From the human T2T-CHM13v2.0 reference genome, Homo sapiens, in NCBI RefSeq assembly GCF_009914755.1, contig NC_060925.1: a stretch of 64,000 nucleotides of DNA; one strand, 5' to 3'. This document shows, one piece after another, positions 57,282 through 64,000 of this stretch. The position numbers were made by a program, and so were the translations under genes. The notes beneath the pieces are model-generated. The model worked only from the letters and a program-made list of their open reading frames with translations. It was not told where the DNA came from and ran no database searches. Numbering within the stretch: position 1 is the first letter of the stretch; each line of letters opens with the position of its first letter.

Positions 57282-57378
57282 CATAATGAACCTCTATTAG
57301 GGTTTTCAAGAGAAACAGAACAAATAGATTATATATTTGTTCTGTTTCTCTTGAAAACCCTAATAGAGGTTCATTATG
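57282..57378. repeat. Perfect inverted repeat, 45-bp arms, 7-nt spacer
   Basis: 57282-57326 is the exact reverse complement of 57334-57378; spacer gattata. Confidence 0.97.
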
Positions 57379-58190
57379 GAAATTGGCTCACATGATTGCA
57401 GAGGCCAAGAAGTCCCACATTATGCTCTCTGCAAGCTAAAGAACTAGAAAAGCAAGTGGTGCAATTCAGTCCAAATTCAACGGCCTGAGAATGAGGGTAG
57501 CTGATGGTATTACTACCAGTCCAAGGGTGAAGGCCTGAGAACTGGAAGAAGGTGGGGAGTGGTGCAGGGAACTGCTGGTGTAAGTCCTGGAGTGTGAAGG
57601 CCTGAGAATCAGGAACTCTGATGTTCAAGGGCAAAAGAAGATGGATGTCATACCTCAAGAAGGGAAAGAGAAAACTTTCTTCCTCTTTTTTTTTTTTTTT
57701 TTTGAGACAGAGTCTCACTCTGTTGCCCAGGCTGGAGTGCGGTGATGCAGTTTCGGCTCACTGCAACCTCCACCTCCCAGGCTGAAGCGATTCTCCTGCC
57801 TCAGCCTCCTGAGTAGTTGGGATTACTGGCGCCTGCCACCATGCTTAGATTTTTTTTGTATTTTCAGTAGAGACAGGGTTTCACCAGTTGGCCAGGCTTA
57901 TCTCAAACTCCTGACCTCATGATCTGCCCACCTCGGCCTCCCAAAGCACTAGGATTACAGGCGTGAGCCACTGCGCCCGGCCACCTTTTGGTTTTACTCA
58001 GGTGGACCCTTAATGGATTACATGATAACTGCTCACACTAGTGTCAGTGGATCTTTTTTACTCAGTCTGCTGATTCAAATGCGAATCTCCTCTGGGAACA
58101 CCAGCATAGACTCACACAGAAATAATGTTTGACTAGCTATCTGGGCATCCCTTAACCCAATCAAGTTGACATATAAAATTAACCATCACA
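57295..58190 (-). mobile_element. MLT2 (B/C-like) 3' LTR, interrupted by an Alu
   Basis: tattagggttttcaagagaaacagaac end; caagttgacatataaaattaaccatcaca start, followed by a reverse PPT. Confidence 0.85.
57685..57982 (-). mobile_element. AluS (Sc-like)
   Basis: Full dimer with poly-T. Confidence 0.92.
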
Positions 58191-60628
58191 AGTCTGCCCC
58201 TTGTGAACTTGGCATCCATATGTATCTCCTTAAACCATAGTTAATCTCCAAATAATGACAATAACAAGGTCATAATTCCACTTAACATGATACAACTATC
58301 CTGCATACAACAAAAAATGCAGTAATCCCTTTTCCAGAAGAGGAGGTAAAGTCTGTGAGTGACGTGTAGTCTTCTGATATCCCATACTTAAAATACTAAG
58401 ATGTCTTTAAAGTATTAACAATACTAGTACTTAGAATACTAGTATAAAGTCAATACATCTTATGTTACACGATAAGGGATAAGAAAGGAAAGGAAACAAA
58501 GATATTTGTTTAATATATGTGTACATACACACATTATTTAAAAAAAATAGGGATGAAATATTCATGACAATTACAGTCTTCTTTTCTGTAACTGATGACA
58601 TGGCTGCAGCTCATACTTACAACTACCATCTTCAACTACCCATCCTGTATTCCCTTTGCCTTCAGCAAGAACCTCAGCTGGTTATGCTTCTTAACCTAGA
58701 AGGCCAAGGTTGGTTTGAGGGTGGAGGGGAGGTAAACCAAACCTTCATTCCTAAAGGTCTGGGCCATTCATAGTCTTGCCTGGTTTGGGTTGTAGTTTTC
58801 CATTGACTTTAACCACAGGGCATGGTAATACTGAGACACCCTAAGAGATCTCCTGTGTTCCAGACATATTCTTTTTTACCTCTTTTATGTCAGATTTCCC
58901 CATGGTAGTCTGGATCAATTACCCCAGCCAACACCATAACTCCCCTATTGGCCTGTTGACTCAGAGGCATAAGGAGCCCAAAGTGGTTGGATGGCAGTCT
59001 TAACTTCTAGTTCAATGGAATTTAGTTCAACTGTGTCTTCTGGTGGAAGCAGTCCTCCCTCTGGATCCAGCAGAGCATACCTTTGTAGAAACAGGAAGCA
59101 AAATTTTTGTTAGTAGGTCACTAGGGAATCAGTGTGTGGTGCCCTTCCCATTTCTACCCCTTCATTCCTAGACCTATAAATCCTGACTATGGGAGAAACA
59201 GTACTGTATGTTGGACATTGATTCAGAACACATACAGCCTTCTGGAGAACCTTTGCTTCTGCCTTGCAAAGTATTGTCACTTAGCTGGTTCTGTAAGTGA
59301 GTCTTCAAAAGGCCATTCCACTATTCTATCAAGCCAGCTGCTTCAGGTTGTGGGGAACACGACAAGACCAATGAATTCCATGAACATGGGCCCACTGTTG
59401 CACTTCTTTGGCTGTGAGGTGAGTTTCCTGGACAGAAACAATGCTGCATAGAATGCCACAATGGTGGATAAGGCAAGATGTAAGTCCCTGAATGGTAGCT
59501 GACAGAAGCATTGCATGCAGGGAAGGCAAATCTGTATCCAGAGTAAATGTCTATTCCAGTAAGGACAAAATGTTGCTCCTTTCATAATGGAAATGGTCCA
59601 TTATAATCAACCTGCCACCAGGTAGCTGGCTGATCATCCTGGGGAATGGTCCTATATCGGGGGCTCAGTGTTGGTCTCTGCTCTTGACAGATTGAGCACT
59701 CAGAAGTGGCTATCGGCAGGCTGACCTTGGTGAGTGGAGGTCCATGCTGCTAAGCCTACACATAACCTCCCTCCCTGTCACTATAGCCACTTTGTTCATG
59801 AGCCCATTGGGTATTGACATGGGTGGCTGGGGAAAGAGGCTGACTGATATCCACAAAATGGATCACCTTCTTCACTCAGTTATTAAGATCCTTCTCTGCT
59901 GAGGTCATCCTTTGGTGATCATTCATATGGAACACAAATATCTTCATGTCTTTTGCCCAATCAGAGCAGTCTTTCCATATACTTCTTCCCCAAATTTCTT
60001 TGTCACCAATATTCCAACCATGTTCCTTCCCAGTCCCTGGCCATCCAGCCAAACCATTGGCTATAGCCCACGAATCAATATATTATCGCACATCTGGCCA
60101 TTTCTGCTTCCAAGCAAAGTGTAGAACCAAGTACACTGCCTGTCGTTCTAACACTGGGAAGATTCCCTTTCAGCACTGTCCTTCAAGGATGTCCCAGAGA
60201 GGGGCTGTAGTGCTGTACCTGTCCACTTTCAAGTGGTGCCTGCATATTGTACAGAACATTCTTTAAACCAGGCCCAAACCTTCTCTTTCTCTGTCAACTG
60301 ATCATAGGGAACTCCCCATGAGCCCATAGGTACAGTTTGAGAGAGAGTAAGAAAGCAGTGTAGTAAGAGTGACCATGGGCATTTGGGCCACTTATTCATG
60401 TAACTTACTAGTGCCTTTAGGGATTGCTCTGGACTTACTGCATATATAACACTTCTATTTGATGACGGGGAGCTGCTATGCACACCCAACTTTATGGCTT
60501 GGTGAGTCGGATAACACCTCATCCATGATGGGCAGCTCAGGTAACATGGTAACTTGGTGGCCTATGGTCAGGTGTTTAGTTTCTACTAAGGCACAGTAGC
60601 AGGCTAAGAGCTGTCTCTCAAAAGAATA

Positions 60629-60942
60629 GCACTGTGTAATGTTTCAGTCAATGATGGACCGCATATACTGCTGTGGCTCCATAAAACCATAAAACTGTAT
60701 TTTGTACTGTACTTTTCTATGTTTAGATACATGAATACTTACCATTGTGTTGCAGTTGCCTACAGTATTTAGTACAGTAACATGCGGTACAGGTTTATAG
60801 CCTAGGTGCAATAGTCTAATTGTAGAGTAGGCTATAATATCTAGGTTTGTGTAAGTAAACTCTATGATATTTGCACAATGGCAAAATCGCCTAACAACAT
60901 GTTTCTCAGAACATATCCCTGTCATTAAGCAACTCATGACTG
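60629..60942 (+). mobile_element. Tigger3a (MER7A)-like TcMar DNA transposon inserted in ERVL pol
   Basis: gatggaccgcatatac...ttctcagaacatatccctgtcattaagcaactcatgactg followed by TA; left terminus eroded. Confidence 0.85.
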
Positions 60943-62775
60943 TAGTTATCTGCCAATAATGGAGGGCCTTGCTCCAAAATCCCAAAGGCCTGCACTGTGA
61001 TTCGTCTATGCACGCCTGCTAAATAGGCTCCCAATGGCATCCCTATCTGCCATAGACTCACCAAGCACCATAGGATCTGCTGGATCATATGGGCCAAGTG
61101 GCAGAGCAGTTCGCACAGCAGGCTGAACCTATTGTAGAGTCTTCTTTTGTTCTGGGCCTCATTTAAAACTAGCAACTTTTTGGGTGGCTTTGTAAATGGA
61201 CCATTTTGGAGGCAAAATCCAAAATTCAAAGAGGCCCACGAGGTATTGTGCCTCTTTCTTGGTTGTAGGAGGGGCCAAATGCTATAACTTATTTTTTACC
61301 TTGGAAGGAATATGTCCCACACCACCAGCCCTCTAGAAATTCCACTGCGTAGAAGGCTCCTGAATTTTAGTGGCATTTATTTCCCACCCTCTGACATGCA
61401 AATGTCTTACCACTAAGTCTCAAGTATACTTGTTGCTCACTAGGTCCAATTAGCATAATGTCATCTATGTAATGGAAGAGTGCGATATCTTGTAGAATGA
61501 AAAAATGATCAAGATCCCTGAAAACTAAATTATGGCAGGACTGCGAGTTGATGTACCCCTGAGGTAGGATGGTGAAGGTATATTTCTGATCTTCCAGCCA
61601 GAAGAAAATAGTTTCTGGTAGGCTTTATAGACAGGGGTGGCAAAAGGCATTTCCCAGATCAATAGATGCATACCAGGTACCAGAGGATGTGTTCATTTGT
61701 TCAAGCAATGAAACCACATCAAGTATAGCAGGTGCAGTTGGAGTCACCAGTTGGGTAAGCTTATGATAATCCACTCTAATTCTGTAAGATCATTTGTCTT
61801 CTGCACAGGCCAATTAGGAGAGTTGAATGAGATGTAGTGAGAATCACCACCCCTGTATCTGGTGTCACTAATCTCTGCAATGAAAGGAATGCAGTTATTG
61901 CTTCTGTTTTACTGTTTTCCTAGGTGGTGGCAGTTCTAGTGGCTTCTAGTGGCCTTTTCCGTGGTAATATCCCTCATTTCATTGTCAGGGAACCAATGTG
62001 GAGGTTCTACTAACTGCTAAGTATATCTGTTCCTTATGCATCCTGAAACTGGGGAAATAACTACAGGATGGGTTTGGGGACCCACTGGGCCCCCTGAGAG
62101 ATGGAACTGAACTAAAATTCCATTAATCACCTGGCCCCCATAATCCCCTACTCTGATTGGAGTGCCACAGTGACATTTTGAGTCTCCTGGAATCAAGGTC
62201 AGTTCAGAGTCAGTGTCCAGTAGTCTCTGAAAGGTCTGATGATTTTATTTTCCCCAATGCAGAGTTACTGTGATTAAAGACTATAGGTCCCTTTGAGGAA
62301 GGTTGAGGGAAAGATGAACAGCATAAATTTTTGGTAGTGCACCAAGATCCTTCCTCCAGGGGACCTGTATTTCCCTTAATTCAAGGGGTTCTGGATCTGT
62401 AAACTGGCTCAAGTCTGGGAATTCATTGAGGGATTGACTCTTTTTAAAAATGATTTGAGTTAGACTTATTGTTCACTTGACCTGGAACCTTTCTGCTTAT
62501 GCAGATCATTTCTAGGAATACCATGATTAACTAGTCAACGCCATAAGTCTGCAGGAGTCAGGTTATTCCTATTGCTGCTTTGGCTCTGCTGTCCATTATA
62601 GTAACTATGCCCACCATACCTTTGACAGTTTAGTGCTGCTACTTGGCCCCTGCCACCACATAATCTAATTACTCTGACTACCTTCGTTTTCCAGTTCAGT
62701 GGCTGTGATTCCCACTGTAAGATCTGGCCTACAGAAGAGAGTGATCAAGGATGTTGGAGAACCCTTCATAAATTT

Positions 62776-63060
62776 CATTTATTTATTTATTTAAAGATGG
62801 AGTCTTGCTCTGTCACCCAAGCTGGAGTGCAGTGGCGTGATCTAGGCTCACTGCAACCTCTACCTCCTGGGTTCAAGTGATTCTTCTGCCTCAACCTCCT
62901 GAGTAGCTGGGATTACAGGTGTCCGCCACCACACCCAGCTAATTTTTTTGTGTATTTACTTTCAGTAGAGATGGGATTTCACCATGTTAGCCCAGCTGGT
63001 CTCAAACTCCTGACCTCAACTGATCTGCCCGCCTTGGTCTTCCAAAGTGCTGGGACTACA
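62776..63060 (-). mobile_element. AluS, slightly 5'-truncated, inside ERVL gag
   Basis: Dimer; flanking repeat tcataaattt. Confidence 0.9.
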
Positions 63061-64000
63061 CCCTCATAAATTTATTTCTGAAAGTATTGTGCAAGATATG
63101 ACTTCTGGACTCTCTTTGTATGGGTTAGTAGGTCTTAAATGACAAATCCATTGTAACATTCAAATTTTCCCAAGCCTTTGAACCCCTTCCTCTACATTAA
63201 ACCAGAGAGATCGGGCATTTCCAACTCGCTCATCATGGGCCACCTTTTGATCCATGTTTCAGCCAAAAAACAAATGATTAGAGCCCTAACTTCCCCAAGA
63301 GGCAACATTAAATGCAGAATCTCTGCTTAGTGGGTCCATATCAATAAATTAGGCCTGTAAAGAAGGAGCAGGATTGGAAAATAATAAATTAGGCCATCCA
63401 ACTTTATGTTCCTTCTGCCATTATTATATACTTTTAATATCCATTCCCACACATTCCCTAAATTTATGCTTATATAAGAAGAAAACTCAAATAATTCTTT
63501 TGGAATATAACATATCTTCTCATGAGCCATAAATCACTTTAAGGGCCTGCTGGGACTTGAGTCTAGTTAGGGGTGTAGAAGAAAGAGGAGAGGTGGGGAT
63601 GAGTCCTGAGAAGAATCAACATTATCTTGCTTAGCAACTGCTTTAGTGGAGGCCACTACCATCCCTCAGGCAATTTAGGATTAATCCCATTGGGCAGAGG
63701 TAGAAAAGCCAGTACCACTGCAGTGGGGGAGGTCATTTTTGTTGGGAGTAAGGAAGCCACTTTTGCTGGGGTTGGGGAAGCCACTTCTGTTGAGAGTAGG
63801 CAGGCAACTTTTTCTGGGGGTGGAAAGAACTCTTCCACTAGCAAAAGAGACTTATCAGGATTTAAGACTCAATGTCCTCAGCTTCATTAGGGTCTTCCCC
63901 TAAGTCCCCATCCTAATATATTGGATGGGACATTATTTCCCAATGAATACCCTCACTTCAACAGTAGGCAGGGTGTAAGGCTGCCTACTTACACCCTGTA

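Larger units (their letters stand above)
58191..64000 (-). mobile_element. Older ERVL internal region (dUTPase, IN, RNase H, RT, pro, gag relics), continuing past the window edge
   Basis: Minus-strand peptides THLTAKEVQQWAHVHGIHW, SWGVPYDQLTEKEK, GFWSKAL, VWEWILKVYNNGRRNIKLD; homologous to 18741-22278 in opposite orientation but more decayed. Confidence 0.9.

Overview
Primate (very probably human) genomic DNA, not prokaryotic. The only intact protein-coding gene is the 3' part of a KRAB-less 7-finger C2H2 gene, recognised as ZNF691 (+ strand; coding exons 2141-2224 and 3432-4295; 315 aa). The remaining ~59 kb is almost entirely retroelement-derived: a 3.2-kb HERV-H provirus inserted into an Alu, a 5'-truncated HERV-L/MLT2A, a second older ERVL/MLT2 running off the right edge, two long minus-strand L1s, older L1M fragments, a MER52 solo LTR, about 22 Alus and several DNA-transposon relics. 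Three processed pseudogenes (TMC6-, MKRN1- and ATP6V1E1-derived) lie within about 18 kb. I cannot support a new biological system here. The best leads are structural. (1) The HERV-H internal deletion joins what look like a splice donor and acceptor, suggesting a provirus made from spliced RNA, and it carries a Phe-like primer site. (2) A complex junction at 18.36-18.74 kb contains an inverted ~240-bp copy of DNA lying 5.3 kb away plus an inverted LTR piece. (3) Two long, near-perfect palindromes (45/45 and 31/32 bp) sit in otherwise old, diverged sequence. Repeat subfamily calls and comparisons to parent genes are from memory of consensus sequences, and most repeat boundaries are approximate.
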